This document shows, in pieces, positions 24,123 to 38,221 of a DNA stretch of 64,000 nucleotides. A program made the position numbers and the translations under genes. A model generated the notes under the pieces. It saw nothing but the letters and a program-made list of their open reading frames with translations, was not told where the DNA came from and ran no database searches. The DNA comes from Hydrolagus colliei (Eukaryota): positions 105,276,001 to 105,340,000 of the forward strand of contig CM068743.1 of the NCBI GenBank assembly GCA_035084275.1. The letters run 5' to 3'. The number at the start of each line of letters is the position of its first letter. Positions within the stretch are counted from its first letter, which is position 1.

Positions 24123-24189
24123 ACAACAGCAACAACAAAATTACATTTGTATAGCGCTTTTCACGTCAGGAGGACATCCCAAGACGCTA
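24123..24189 (-). mobile_element. L2 3'-terminal fragment
   Basis: caacaacaaaattacatttgtatagcgcttttcacgtcaggaggacatcccaag. Confidence 0.88.
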
Positions 24190-24532
24190 GATTCAGTCAA
24201 TCCTCTCTCCACACCTCCGAAACCTGTTATAAGATGTATAATTTTTAGTGTGTTTTGATCATCCCCCCACTCCCTGCCAGCTTGGATTACTAGTCAGCTG
24301 CAATGTATGTGATTTGTGTGATAAGTTTGAGATGTCGTTCTGACATGAAAAGCAATATATAAATGTAAATTTTTCATGTTATACACACTATTCAGATGTG
24401 TGTGTGTGAGTTTGGGAGGCAGGGCAGCTATTCAGTTGTTCCGTTTTTCTATTTTATAGACCAACACCCATGCCATATCAGCTATAGGATACTGCAGATA
24501 TTTTTGGTTGCTCGTGCTCACATCTGTCTTTC

Positions 24533-24750
24533 AATAATCCATCCAAAAAACCCACAATAATAAAATTGGTCATTTCAATCCACGACTGTTTGTGGGACAC
24601 TGCTGTGCGCAATTGGCTGCCGTGATTCGCCCACAAATATACAGTCAATTCACTTTACAGTATATTCTGTGAAGTGCTTTGGAACGTCGATAAAAATGTG
24701 AAAAGCGCTAAATCAAATGCAAGGATTATTATTATTAGTAGTATTATTAT
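24533..24750 (+). mobile_element. Younger DeuSINE, 5'-truncated
   Basis: gctgtgcgcaattggctgccg core and (ATT)n tail. Confidence 0.92.
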
Positions 24751-26124
24751 AGGAATGGGTGCACTTGGATTAAGGTAGTTCTGAGTTTGTTGGGCAAATC
24801 CTAGAATTCAGCAACCGCGTCAGTATACAGCAAATTGTACTTATGTAGTACATATAGTACATAAGGAAAAAGCACTCAGGATGTGCCTTGGATTTGCAAG
24901 AGGCAATTGAAAAACTTTGCCATATGTAGTGTTTATGATTAGTGTGCTTTTAGCTCTCCGAGAAACTGCCCTGCCTGAAGGGCACTATGTAAATGCAAGT
25001 TGTTGTTTAGTTTTTCATGGTGGTGGTTAGGAAGGTGGGTGAGGGAAAGTGAAGGTCAAATGATCTGAATTCAGGAGACATAAAATAGCTTTTGATAACC
25101 AAGACATTGTTTATTTTTGCATAAATACCATATGTGAGGGGGAAAATATGAGTCTCTGTAATAAGGAGATTTGAATAATTGAGACAAGCCCAGAGTTTGC
25201 GTAATGTGAAAATGTTTTAATTGAGATAAAAATAGCACTTGGTCTCTGGATAATCGGATATGGATAATCTGATGTTTGCTGCTTTAATTTATACTTCATT
25301 GTTTACAGCAGTATTTAAGAAGCTGTCACTGCGGCATAAAATACTTCAGTCACAGGGGCTCAATTTACTCACTCCAATAATTTCAAGTGCTTTCCCAGAG
25401 TGATAGAAGTTCCTGTGCTGCACATTTGATCCTTCTGATTTAACTGGGGTCCATTGGTAATTGGATGGGTCTGTGATGACTTTAGGGCTGTTTTGATAAA
25501 AAAAAAGCTTTTCTGTTTATTATTCAATGTAACCGGGGGCCAAGAACATTACTTTGGATGAATCATGTGACCTGGAATGCCCATGCATTTGGAAACAGAT
25601 GTTACATAGTCAGACTGTTCAATTTGAGGGTAAAACGGACAGATTTGAATACAGGAGTCTCCACAATCTCTGCATTGAAGTGCAGCTTGCAGTGTTGTAG
25701 AAACATTTCACATTCAATTTATAATCTGAGCCCAGAACTTGCAATTTGATTGCTATTAAAACTATACTTACCTAATTCGTTATGGTTATATATTAGTTTG
25801 AAAAAATTGTCATTTGTGACCAGTTCTAACTGGTGTAAAATTATTTTAGCAAAAATATTTTTCAAGAGTTGAGTACGGAGAGTTGTCTTGAAGGACTGCA
25901 TTGAAGGACTGATTCACACTGCATGTGAATCAACCTCTTTCTTGCATTATGTTACATAGACTCCTGCCAAAATATGTTTACTGACTGTTATGTTTAATAG
26001 GCATGCACAAAATACACAGTAACTTCACTTTGCTCCCGACTTGAAAGGCCTTATACCAAATTTAAAGGTTATTACTATTAAAATTACGGATATAAACAAA
26101 AATTAATTTCTCAGGAGACTGAAG

Positions 26125-26470
26125 GGCAGTATGCTGGAGAAATATTGTTTCACCTTTGAGACCTGAGTTTGAATGCAAATGTGACCAAGGCAGATGAGGG
26201 GAATGTCTCCAGTCTTTAACAGCTGTTAATGCTCCTAAGAGACATGGAAAGCAGTAGCTCAGCTCCCACTAGACTTCAGTTTGTTACACAAATTTGCACC
26301 CTTAATCCACAACTGACATGAAGCGGGAGGGAGATAGGACTTTTGGAAAACAGTTTAAGGTCAAGCTAGATGTTACATTGATAATACACTGTTGGTTTAT
26401 CTATTCTGTACCATGAGTGGGTTGAGTTGCGATACTTGTTATTCTGTAACCTAGAGTAGTGTTGTTGGTT
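26125..26470 (+). mobile_element. LF-SINE-like relic (tentative)
   Basis: tttcacctttgagacctgagtttgaat...cagctgttaatgctcctaagagacatg...ctcagctcccactagac. Confidence 0.45.
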
Positions 26471-28934
26471 TAGTATTATAGGACTTGGTTTTGAATTTCA
26501 CTACATTTTCTCTGCATTATCACTAGTCCTTTACTGAATGCAATAACATAAGCTGGTGCACAGTTCCAGGGTATTGAGATTCCTAGATTCTCCTCAAAGT
26601 ACGTACTCTTCATATACCAGCCTAGGTAGTAAGGGCTGACCGACTGCTGAACTGTAGGGGGTGACGGGGGAGAAACAGAGGGAGAGAGAATTAAATTCAA
26701 GTCCTGTCATTATTTCTGCTACTATTTTCAGTAGGGCACAGGGTAGTGATCAAGTTGAGTCTCTGGTCATTTTCCATCTTTCCGGGATATCAAGTCCATC
26801 TGAAGATTCCAAACTTCCTGTCAGACGAGTACATTCAGATCAGGAATTACACCTAGGATCTTCCTGAGTCTACGTGGCTCAGTGTCCTATCATATGCTGC
26901 ATTTACAGTTTCAGCTCCTGGCAGACACTTCATCAATATGGTGTTTGTGAAAAAGAATGTCTGTTTTAGTGTTACACCACACAAAAATGCAGCATAAATT
27001 AAATTGCCAACATGAAGCAGTGGAACACCCAACAATCCAATGTTGGCAGCTAAATAATCTGTTTGCTTTTTGGGTTTGCTTCATTGCCATCATTTCTTGT
27101 TGTCTGCCATTCTCCCTCAGCAATTCTGTGTGTACATGCTGCCTGCGAGGTATCAGTAAGATTGTTTTTTGCTGTATTTTGTGATCTTGGATATTGTGGC
27201 AATTTCTGTTTCTTCACTTGGTGTTCACATTCAGATAAAGGGAAACTCAGCTGCTTTGTTGAAAGGGGTTTCATCCCAATCTGATAGAATGGTGGATGTG
27301 AACCCATTCACAACATAGCATGGCTGTTGACTTCACTCAATAGCATTTACACATGGCATAGCACTAAATCTTGCCCTCCAGTGTATATGTGCATCTTATC
27401 GATTCAATGCCTCAAGATGTGTCGTGCGTGCACTGAGAATGGGGGTAACATTAACTTGTTGAAAAGTAAATCGAGACGTGTGAATTTTAATTAGGCCAAA
27501 GGAAGGAACACTGTCTCTTTAAGGTCAGTCATTGCAATCCTTTTTGAAATATTTTGCACAAAGTATGAATCACATCTCTGGATTGGTGCCATAGCACTAA
27601 ATCTTGCCTCCTGCTGTAGCTTCTGTTGCGCAGCTGCCCACTTTGCCTGTAGTATCATGCTGCAGAAATAAATGTGAATAGTTTGAAAGTCATTGTTCTT
27701 GAAATACAGTACTGTGAATAGAAAAAAAATTCAAGGAAGTTTCCTGTGTGCATTAACCAAATCACCTGTAGGTTTCATTCTCTTAAGAAGGTATATTTCT
27801 TTGCATTGTTCCCATGGCAGAACCAAAACTGGCACACCTATTCCTTTTAGAGGCAGAGCTTGACATGAAGGCTGGGCAAAATTAATTGGTTCTTTTCCAC
27901 CAAGAGAATTTTACAGAAACAGTGAGGGACGAGAGAACTGTGAACACAAAACACGGTCAAGCATCACCATATGTCAAATAATGTGAGACCGCAGGCTGCG
28001 TAAAAGCTGCCACTACACTCTATTGTATCGAAAGCACATATTATTTTCTAGTTCATTTCAAAGGAAATCAAAGAAACAACATATGCCCCGAGCACAAAGA
28101 AAATAAGATCTATTCAGAGAGATGAATAGATAACTTGGATGCATTTATCCATATTGTTCTTGTTTTAGACAATATTATCTTGTCTAAATATTGCAGGACA
28201 TGCGATCAAAACTGGTGATGATTATGAAGAAAATTTCGGATCATTATTGGTGGTTGGTATGACTTTAAAAGATTGTTGGTGAAAAGATGTAATTTTAGAG
28301 CTTTTTTATATCAAATGCCATCACTGTCTGAAGAGCGTATGCAAATCATCCGTTATTCCCCAAATGGCGAGTCACAGTCCTCAGCCAAGACATTGGGATG
28401 AGATTCTAAACAGAGACTCAGGACTTCCCCATAGGGAGATAGAAAAAAATACTGGATGAGTTGCTTCAAGCCACACTTTCACATTTCTTGGCAGCTGGCT
28501 TAAGAATGGCATTTGTAATGGCTTGGGAATAGTATGCCTCATTGCCCATCATCTCAGCAGAAGAATAACACATGGAGGGGGGAGGGTTGAAGCAAAAATA
28601 AGAGGATAAAAAATGAAGTGCGAGCAAAATTTTTAAAGTTATGTGTGCACTGGAGGAAATTGGGCTTTGGAACAGCAAAGCAATGTGGCAGGGTTTTAAT
28701 AGGAATTAATAATAAAGGCCGACTTAGGAAAACAGTAGCAAAGACATGATGAGCTGAAGTACTTCTCTTTGTGTGAAAATGCCTGTGTTTCGCTGCATCT
28801 GACAAAAGAATAAAATAAAAGAAATCAAGTTTCGAAGGGATATTTTATTTCATTATCCTAATCCAATTCAGAAAAAAAAGTATTGGACAAAGCCTTGCTT
28901 TCATCTCCTTTCAATCATGTCTTAAAAGGGAATT

Positions 28935-29075
28935 TGCCAGATTCTCAAAAAAGAATATTAAAAGGGTGTAAGGGAAGCGAGCAGGAGAAGGGGGTTAGAT
29001 CTGATTCCTCATGTGGAGAAAAACTCAATTGCAGACTAGATGGGTTGAATGTCCTTTTCCTTTACTGTAGTTTGG
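28935..29075 (+). mobile_element. Decayed CR1 3' end
   Basis: attaaaagggtgtaagggaagcgagcaggag...gactagatgggttgaatgtccttttcct. Confidence 0.6.
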
Positions 29076-30354
29076 TATATTTTGCAATGGCCTATGAATA
29101 GACCACAAAGACCTTTTTTGAGGAAATGTTTTATGGGGTTTAAAGTGATGCGTGTGATGTTTCATGCACAAAGCCATGGATTGAAAGAGCTATTAAACAT
29201 TTGTGTCAGGCCGCACAATCCGACTATCAAGATTTTTAAAATCCTTTTTTTCTCTTTGCTTTTGGCTTGGTGACACTGTGAATATTATTAGAATTATTGA
29301 AATATGGGTCTTAAACCAGTTGCTCCGAAACAATTCTCATGGTTGCTAATAATATTAACCTATGTTTTGGGGGCGTTTGTTGGGGCTCCATATGACATCA
29401 AAATAGTTTCAGTATAATAGCAATAAACTGGGGTATTCTTTACAGGGGAAAGAGGTAGGGAAGGAAAATATTTGGAAGAGTTTTTGTTTGGGAAAGACAT
29501 GGGCTTTATTTGCAATTATTTTGCATTTTTGTAAACAGAGCTCACAATTTATAAAGACAGTTTCTGTTCCGGATTGTGAAAAAAAGCACCTGTAACTTCA
29601 AAAAATATTTAACATCTGTGATCTCAGTCACATCTGGCTTTGGGAACTTCAGAAATGTGCTGCAGAATCTGCTTTTTGTCTTGCTTTTTTGTGGGGAGGA
29701 CTCACTAATACGCTTTGCATTGCCATGAACATCAAATGTAAAATCAGTCTTTGGTAATAGCCGTTAATCCTATCGCAATGTTCCACGCAATGTTTTCGAA
29801 AAAATAATTGTAATTTATGCAGGCTGTTTCTCACAGCCGAGAATCTGAAAAAAGCATATTTTCTTCTTATGTAAAAGAGCTTAAAATTTGAACAAAATGT
29901 TTATTACAAACAGTAGGATTTGTTTATTGAAGATATGACTACCAAGTAAATAAGTCTTATTAAAGATGCAGAACACATATTCTAACAGTTGGATTTGGGA
30001 GAAGATATCTGTGACTATTAACCGCAAATATATGAGAAAAGAAAATAGGCACACGAGAGGAGAGTATACATTTTTACTTTGAAAAAGATAAATCCCGATT
30101 AAAATTAATAGTAAATCTATTTTTATTTACGGTGGTGTAAAAATCATAATTTGTGTTCATTCTTTGAGATTCAAGTAAGCCCATGATTTTTTTTCAAAAA
30201 ATTCACAATCTGCTTTGTGAATATCACTCATGAGCCAAAAGTCTGGAGGTGGTGTGGAGTCTCTGCTTGCTGCCCACAACAGATGTATTTTGCGCTGAGA
30301 ATTGCAGATTGCAGCACCAATGGATCATCCCGCTATTATTTGAAGATAACTGCC

Positions 30355-30480
30355 CTGGGGAATTGATAATGCAGTAGGTTAAACATTGGCCTTTCAATTT
30401 TGGATATTGGGTTTGAATCTAGTGCAAGCTGAAGGGATGTAAAACACTACTATCTGTTGATTGTGGGGCTCCATTACAAT
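30355..30480 (+). mobile_element. LF-SINE-like 5' fragment (tentative)
   Basis: ggaattgataatg...ggcctttca...tgggtttgaatctag...cactactatctgttgattg, collinear with the recalled LF-SINE head. Confidence 0.5.
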
Positions 30481-30586
30481 ATAACTAAACCGTATTTTTA
30501 AAGAATATGCTCCCAATTCTCTCCCATCTTGTAGCATCAAGCCATTTCTTAAAGATGTATCTTTTTACTGCACGTTTGGTCATCTT

Positions 30587-30648
30587 AACAATAACAAACT
30601 TACACTTGTATAGTGCCTTTCACGTCAGGAGGACATCCCAAAGCGCCT
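30587..30648 (-). mobile_element. L2 3'-terminal fragment
   Basis: tatagtgcctttcacgtcaggaggacatcccaaagcgc. Confidence 0.85.
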
Positions 30649-31844
30649 ATGTTAAACGCCCCCTCTCCTCTTCACCCGCACTTCCTTGTCTCGACGAGCG
30701 CAAAGCTCGGCAATAAACAAAAGCTTTTTCAAAAATTAAAAAAAATATTTCCTCTGCCTCAAAGGCATTCTTTGGCATTGATCTAGAGATCTAGAGATTT
30801 ACAGGTTTGCTGCTGTTGATATCATTGTATCAAATGTGACTCTTTTAAGCTGCCTGCTATGGTGTATGGTTTGCATCGGCTATTCTTACAGCTTCTATGT
30901 TTTGTAAACCTGAGGTTTTCATTGTAATGTCAAGGAATAGAGTGGCATCTTTTATAGTAAGTGGTTGAGTACCATAATCACATTGAATTCAGTTTGAAAA
31001 AGCTTTATTTACTGTAGGGTAGAATTCCCTCTTGGTGCATATTTATTCTATAAGCATTTCAGGGCTTCCAGAATTTTGCAAATGCTTAAACATAGTCTAA
31101 ATTTTCAGTTTTCTGTAGGTTTTCCTTACATTTCTTTTGAGAATTACAGAAAATATTTTCAAGGTTACGATTGAATTCAACAATTTGCCAAATTCTGAAT
31201 GCTCAGAAATGCTAAACCAGTAGTGTAAATGTAGATTAAAGTGAGTTTTCTCCTCCTATATTGTTGGTTTGATTTTGGAGTATGATGTATTGTTTCGCGG
31301 TTTGGGCACAATTTCTTTGAGTGGAAAAATATTTTGGATAGTGGAATATTCGGGTTTGATGAATTGGCTAGTTTATTTTTTCACTGTTTATTTTCAGGTC
31401 CAAGATTAAAGCTCCCTTATTCCTTATGTTGCAACAGACAAAATATGATTTGGACAAATTGGTTGCATTTCACCCTGTGTTTCAAAATGTTATTTTTTAT
31501 CATCTCTTTGACATTATTTAGTGGAAAGGAGTTTCAAATCTATGTTATGTATAATATGACTTCTTCCATAAATACAATTTTTTAAAAAAGTGTAATTCGT
31601 CTACCTAAATGGGGAATTTTAGGCTCTTTGAAGCTGCATTATATTATTGTAAACTGTGATGTAGATATGGACTGATCCCCAGTCTGAAAGATATTCTTAG
31701 GTGATGCATGTGATGTTTCATCTTTGTTTGGCTATTTCCATGTTGAATAGAAACTGGCAATCCTTCTATCTTTCCCAGTATTGGCATGCCAGTATTATGT
31801 AAATATTCAGTATCAGCTAGAATTATTATTTTTAATCTTAAATG

Positions 31845-32556
31845 TTAAACAATTAAATGTTGTCTGCTTATTCAGTTGGATATTTAAGATTGCATGACAC
31901 TATTCAAAATGAGAAGGGAGTTTCTCCCAGTGTCCTGTCCAACAATCCTTCTGATAAAAATGGTTGCTCACTCCATCCATGCCTGTTTGTGAGACATTAT
32001 GACTCCTGACTGTTTTAAAAGGAGTGTCCCAAAAAAACTTGTGCACAACCTGTGTGCAGTGAAGAAATGTCCAGTACTATAGACAATGGAATTTATTTTT
32101 TTGTATCGGGAAAAATTGAAAAGAAGATATTGTACTTTGTTTTTGATTTATTTTGTGCCAAATATATATTTGTTACATACATGTATCATAAATAAATACA
32201 TACAGTAAAAGTCCATTTATCCGGCACCCCTGGGACCTGGCCAATGCAAGTTAAAGCGCCTGCCAGATATTCAGCTGAAAACACAAACAAAAAAAAGTCA
32301 GTGTATTTTTCCAGATAAATTCCGGTTAATCGAATGCGGACCTTTTTTTTGTGATGCCGGTTATATGAAAGTTACGGTTGATCAGGTGCCGGATAAACAG
32401 GCTTTTACTATGTATTAAAAAAAAGTGTGCAATTGGATGTCACATCTTGCCCACAAAATTCAAGGTCAATCTATGTTACAGTATATTTTGTGAAGTGCTT
32501 TGAGATGTCTCACTGATTTGAAAAGCCACTTTATCAAATGCAAGGATTATTATTAA
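31845..32556 (+). mobile_element. DeuSINE pieces interrupted by later insertions
   Basis: Old body at 31845-32000; 3' part with tail at 32425-32556. Confidence 0.7.
32203..32410. mobile_element. pogo/Tigger-type MITE
   Basis: ~26-bp TIRs cagtaaaagtccatttatccggcacc and ggtgccggataaacaggcttttacta; TA at the left flank. Confidence 0.88.
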
Positions 32557-33589
32557 TAAATAATGTAATTGGCAATAAAACATGTATTTACCCCTCCTCC
32601 AAAGTGACAGATTTACAATCTGTTGCCAGGGAGAGAGGGCTGTATGTTTCCTGCATTTTTTTTTGAGGTATTGAGCTACTTAATGGTAAGGATATTAAGG
32701 CACCCTGGATTAATCTTGCAATACTTACCACAACTATTTTTCAGATATTTGTTAAACTACATCAGTTTAAATTTTCAGCACAGCGAATGAAAGGCAAAAT
32801 CCCACTGTTTTTTTTATAAAAAATCGTAGCTCTTGCATTATTTTTAAAAAAATTATTTCCTATTGCTGGTAATTCTGGAAATTTTGTGTACTCAAGGCTG
32901 AACACACTCCGGTCTAATCGTGATCGCAAAATCACAAAAGAGGTTCAAGTGAAGAGGGCCATTCATCCAATTTAATCTCTTCCCTCCAGAATACACACCC
33001 TACCATTCTTGGAACACAGCATTGAGTTGAATTTATTTTAATGAATCTAGTGCCCTGAACTCAACCACACTCCTGGAAACATTTCCATTCATTAATAGGA
33101 AAGGTTAGCTGTATTCCCTTTCTCTTCACTACAATTGTGCAATAAGCATTCAATAGCTCAAGTACAGTACAGTATATTGCTACAGTTTGAGCTCTACTTT
33201 TCTCTTTCGTAAATCTCGCACATTTGTCCATGAAGACTTGTAAATAACTGAAAGGCATTTCTTTGTAATTAAAAAAAAAGGATAAAGTGACGTTAAAATG
33301 AGGCATAAGAAAGACTACAATCTCTTATGTGTTCTGGTGGCTTGAATGGATGTTAAATGTGCTATGCCAGCATTATGAACAAGAGCAGGAAGTTCCATTG
33401 CCCTGACCAATATACCACCACCAAAATAAATCAGAAAAAAGATGAACATTGTTGCCGCAGATTAGGTGCTGGTTTTGCCTGCATAACAGTCACAGTAACT
33501 CATTGTGTCTTGAAACACTTGGATGTGCTTTGTCATGATAGGGTTCTATTATCAAATTCAAATGAACAAGGAACTGTTATAAAGAGCAT

Positions 33590-33975
33590 TTTTATAATGC
33601 TTTATCACTTCATGATGTCTCAATGCACTTCACAAGGAATGGTGTTTTTTGAAGGCAAATGTGGCATATATTTGTGCCAGCAAGGCCCCACAAACAGCCA
33701 TTAGGTAAATAATCACTTCTGGAGGATTGTTGGCCAGGACACTGAGAGAAACTCCCTTAGGTTTTGGAAATGTGCCATTGGAACTGTAAATCTACCCAAA
33801 CAGACAGAAGAGGCTTCATTTATTATCTTATGTGAAAAACTGCATCTCAGTCAGTTCAGCATTCCACCAGAACTAATATTGAGCATCAACCTCAAATATA
33901 ATCTCAAGACCTGATTTAGCCTTGAATACAAAACCTTCTGACCCAAGAATAAGATTGCTATCAACTGAGCCAATA
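33590..33975 (-). mobile_element. Old SacSINE1-like DeuSINE
   Basis: cagcaaggccccacaaacagcc core; head ...ccttctgacccaagaataagattgctatcaactgagcc. Confidence 0.8.
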
Positions 33976-35404
33976 TAGCAACCATGTTTTATTGCTCTAA
34001 TTTTACTTCAAGTATTTAGTATCTTGCTTAAAATTGTAGTTGAGCAATGTATAAGCTGCCCACGGACAATTTTCTGAAATGTAAAGACTGGAAGGGCATA
34101 GCACTTGCTGAACGTCGATGAATGTGTTAGATGGGCATAGAGTGCATAACAAGTCCTTTGTCTTCGCCGCACAACCATCGACAAACCTTTTTTATCTGTA
34201 GGAATGAGAAGACATTTTCTTGCCAAGATGACCTCATGCATATGTGAGCTCTTCCGATATAATTTGTGCTGCATTGGGTTAGCAAACAAATAAAGTAAGG
34301 GGTTGGCCAACACTAGAACAAGATCTGTTCATGTTCATCTAAAAAAAACTCAGCGGAGAAGCTCCTCTACCCCAGTGTGGCATTTCTATTTCCAAAAGTC
34401 TAACCTTTTGCCAATAAGTTGAATATGATTTAACGCTGAATTGTGGTCAGTTATGCATTGTGATCTCATGTGACTGAGAACAGGATTGTTGAACCTTGTT
34501 CCATTTAGAACACTTAGCACCCTTTACCCTCGCTATAATTAAAGTGTTCTTGTGTGTTAAAGATGAGAATAAATGTGAAAAAATGTGTTTGCAATCACAG
34601 TGTAAACTTCATTACATGACCTTTGAGTTTAGCCCTGCTCAAAAAATCAAGAGCTTCATGTGTTTAAACCAACAAATGCTGCAAAAAACATGCTCAGTTA
34701 AAATCCATTATAATTTAAAATGTCCATATCCCTGTGTGCATAACAGTATTAATGCCCAAGGTTCTGTACCTAGTTCTGTCTAAAAGGTTTAAAATGGGTT
34801 TCGGTCGGGAGTAGACAACTCGTGAAAAATGAGCTGGCCACTAGGTCAGTAGATTTTTTTTCTGCATCCGTGAAAAATAGCAGGAGTCGGCATGGTTGAA
34901 AAGTCTGCAAAATGCTGGAAAGTCTAATGGCCTCGTAGGTACAGGATGATTTAACGTTATATTCAGGGCACTCAATTAATTATTTATTTTAGGTTACCTG
35001 CCAATATAGCAAATCAAAATGCCCAGCCTCTGATAAAAGGTATGTGCTCAGATAAGGTAGAGAGACTTGGCTAAAGGACAGATTGATATTTGGACAGTTT
35101 GAGATTTTAGAAATTACTATTGAAGTGTTTTAGTAAAGAGCGTTTCTTATGGCTGGCTTACCCATTGTAAACCATTTTTATTTACCAGGGAGGCACTTGG
35201 CATTTTGCATTGCAGCTCTTATAGATTTGAAAGGGTGGTGCTTGATGTTGGTTTCTTTTCAAAGTCTTGTTATCAAACTCAAACTAACTGGGCAGATTTT
35301 GTACTTAATACCAAAATAAACCGAACTGAACCAAAACTATTTACCATCAGAAATAATCTAATTGGCAAAACTAGCACCTCATCCCTGGGGGAAAACATAC
35401 TTGC

Positions 35405-35560
35405 ATATATTACATGCAAACATAACAATTTCCACAGAAGGGGTCCATTCGGCCCATCGTTTTTGTGCCACTGCTGTCTATTTTCACACTCAATCATTCT
35501 TTTCTTTAGATTCATCCCATTTCTCAGCTCTTCCCACTGCCACCCCAACTCTCCCATTTC
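35405..35560 (-). mobile_element. CR1 3'UTR fragment
   Basis: cacagaaggggtccattcggcccatcg...gtgccactgct matches the CR1 3' end at 58590-58630. Confidence 0.65.
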
Positions 35561-35899
35561 CTTTCATGTTTTTACTGCCTGTGGTTCACCATGCTTATGT
35601 TAGAACTTATAAATATTGATCCCAGCATATAGGTGTTTTGAATGGGGACAATGAAGTTCTGCAATCCTATAAATCAGAATTTCAAAGGTAAACATCATAA
35701 TTTTATTATAGACCTGGTTGTTTTTCATATTGGTGAATGTTCTGAATCTGTCTATAGTCCAAAGATATTATAGCAGTGATTTCTCCCTTGTCAGTAAACA
35801 TACTAACCTTAATGTTTACATGTATCTTGGTCTCCGCAGACATTATGTACTATCCAGGTAGGGATAATCCCAATAAATCTAACCCACTGTACACTGAGT

Positions 35900-36135
35900 A
35901 TTCTGTTGTGTGTAATCGGCTACCACATTTCACCCACAAATATACAGTAAATTCACTATACTGTAAATTCTGTGAAGTGCTTTAAGATGTTTAGAAGACA
36001 TGAAAAGCACTATATCAAATGCAAGGATTATTATTTTATTTTATTCTAAAAAAATTTGATCACTCAATCCATGACTACTTGTAGGACACTGCTGTGCACA
36101 ATTGTGCAATATCAAGTGTAAGTATTATTATTATT
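35900..36135 (+). mobile_element. Two tandem DeuSINE 3' fragments
   Basis: Deu core and tail at 35900-36040; deleted copy at 36055-36135. Confidence 0.85.
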
Positions 36136-37204
36136 TTTAAGCAGTTTATTTTGATCTGAACAAATGAATTCCCAGGACGCACAATGGTCTTACACTTCGG
36201 AACAAACATGTGACTGAAGTGATTAAACAGTTAAGATGTGTTAACTTATGACTGTATAATCACAATGGTAATGGATAAATAATTTGTCCAGGCATCAGAA
36301 AGATTTTTCATTACCCAAATGTAAAAAAAAGTAAATGAGAAAATGGTTCCATTTTTCAATGCACCATTTCCAGACTTTTCCTGCCAGTTACGCTTTTTAT
36401 TTACCTGTCTATCCTGTGTGAAATGCCTGTATTGTACTCTTCGTCATCAGGAACAAAATGGCATCACTGCAAATATGGAGCCAAATAGACATAGTTTCAG
36501 ACCTAAAAGTACCATTATTCAATAGATCTGTTGCCATGGAAAGTTTTAAATGCCTTGCTGCATTTCACTGATTTAATTTTTTTTCTCTCTGCAATATCAC
36601 CACTTTGAAATTATTGTAACTTATTAATGGATTGCTAACTGAACATCAAGGCATATCACTGTTATTAAGTAAAACAAAATGGCAAATGTGGATATATTGA
36701 GTTGTTTTCATCTTCAAGGAAATCTTCAGTAACTTAAGCATTAGATTTTATTCCTACGTATTAAATTACAGAGTCCACTGTTCCCCACAGTGTAGCCTCT
36801 GTATTCTCAACAGATGATGCTTTTAAAAAGCTTGTGATTATGGCATAAACAGAAGGTGAGTTCCAACAAAATTTTGCCATCACATGAATTAGACAAACAC
36901 ACAGTGCCAATTGTATCATACAAGTACAGTAGTACAGTATTTCTTTCATACTTCTCGAGTAAACTTGTTTCAACCCTTAAGTGCCAATCGTTACACATTG
37001 ATAATGGATTGCGTTTCAAAAGGTTTAAACCAGCAAGTGCTTTTCATCTAATTGTTTAATTTTCAGAATGTGAATATTCAAAAATAATTTAAGTCTTACC
37101 ATTTGAAATTAATCAGAGGCAAAAGTGATACCAACTGAGTCAGGGAGACACCTGATAAAAGCAATGGAAAACACGCAGCATAGATTCCCTTGGATATTAC
37201 CAGG

Positions 37205-37620
37205 GATCATCAGGGTTTTCAGTTATGAATACAGCCTAGATGTTATGGCTTGTTCACTAGAGCTGAGAAGATCATGGGGTTCCTGATAGAGGTATTCAAG
37301 ATTATGAAGATTTATGATCAAGTAAATAATAATATATTATTTCTGCTGGTCAGTAACACAATGAAGTACCTGTAATTCAAAGTGAAATTAGAAAACGAAT
37401 GCCTACACAGAATGTGAAAGAATGTGAAATCTCTTGTTTAAAGGAAGTCAATAAATTATTTAAAAAGTGAATCAGATGCTTGAGAAAGAGGAATATTAAA
37501 AGGTATGAGGAGTGAACTGAAGACTGCAGTTAGATAAGGTAGCTTATGAAGTAAAATACCACAGCAAACAAACACAATGACCTGAATGGTCTCTCTTTAT
37601 ACTGTAACATTATGTGATAC
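37205..37620 (+). mobile_element. Highly decayed CR1 3' region
   Basis: agttatgaatacagcctag...ttgttcactagagctgagaag...ctgatagaggtattcaagattatga (YEERL/LFSLE/LIEVFKIM-like); 3'UTR cctgaatggtctct. Confidence 0.75.
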
Positions 37621-38221
37621 TCTGTTTCATTGATTTCTTGACACTATGCTATTTAATAATACTGCAATAATAATGATGATTATATGCTATTTAAGACTGT
37701 CCCACACAGGCTGCATAAAGCCTTTGTATTTTGGGATCTAATTTACAGTATTCCCAACTGGATTTTAAAATAACGAATCTTGATGGATGGCCATCTCAGA
37801 TGTCAGCTTCACAGTAGACTAAAGAGATTGTGTGAATTGAGATCCAGAGGGACAGCCAGTACATTGGGATTCACTGTTTGCAATTTTTTTTTGTGAATAT
37901 CGCAGATTAGATGCCATGATTTAATATTGTTTTACAGGGATCTAATACTATGGTACAATAATGACTTAGATGTGTCTAACACTTCAGTGTGTTATTATCC
38001 TCAGATGGAGAGGGTCTAATACAGTACTCCAGTTTACAACAATACAGAGATCCAATGTTCCTGCTTACATGATCTTATAATAATAAGCACTTTAACTCAA
38101 GTAAATTTGATTTTGCAGAGGTATTAAATATACCACAAACCAAAATACATTATAATAATGCTATGTATTTTTTGCATATATTCAGAAAGAGGCATCATTT
38201 TGTGTAAATGTTATATTTTGT

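Noticed and set aside
25150-25285. Old Tigger-like end (ggataatcggatatggataatctga)
   Set aside because: No matching opposite TIR or TSD found
26661-26867. Possible coding exon after ttttcag
   Set aside because: The frames I translated close quickly, with no good donor or known motif
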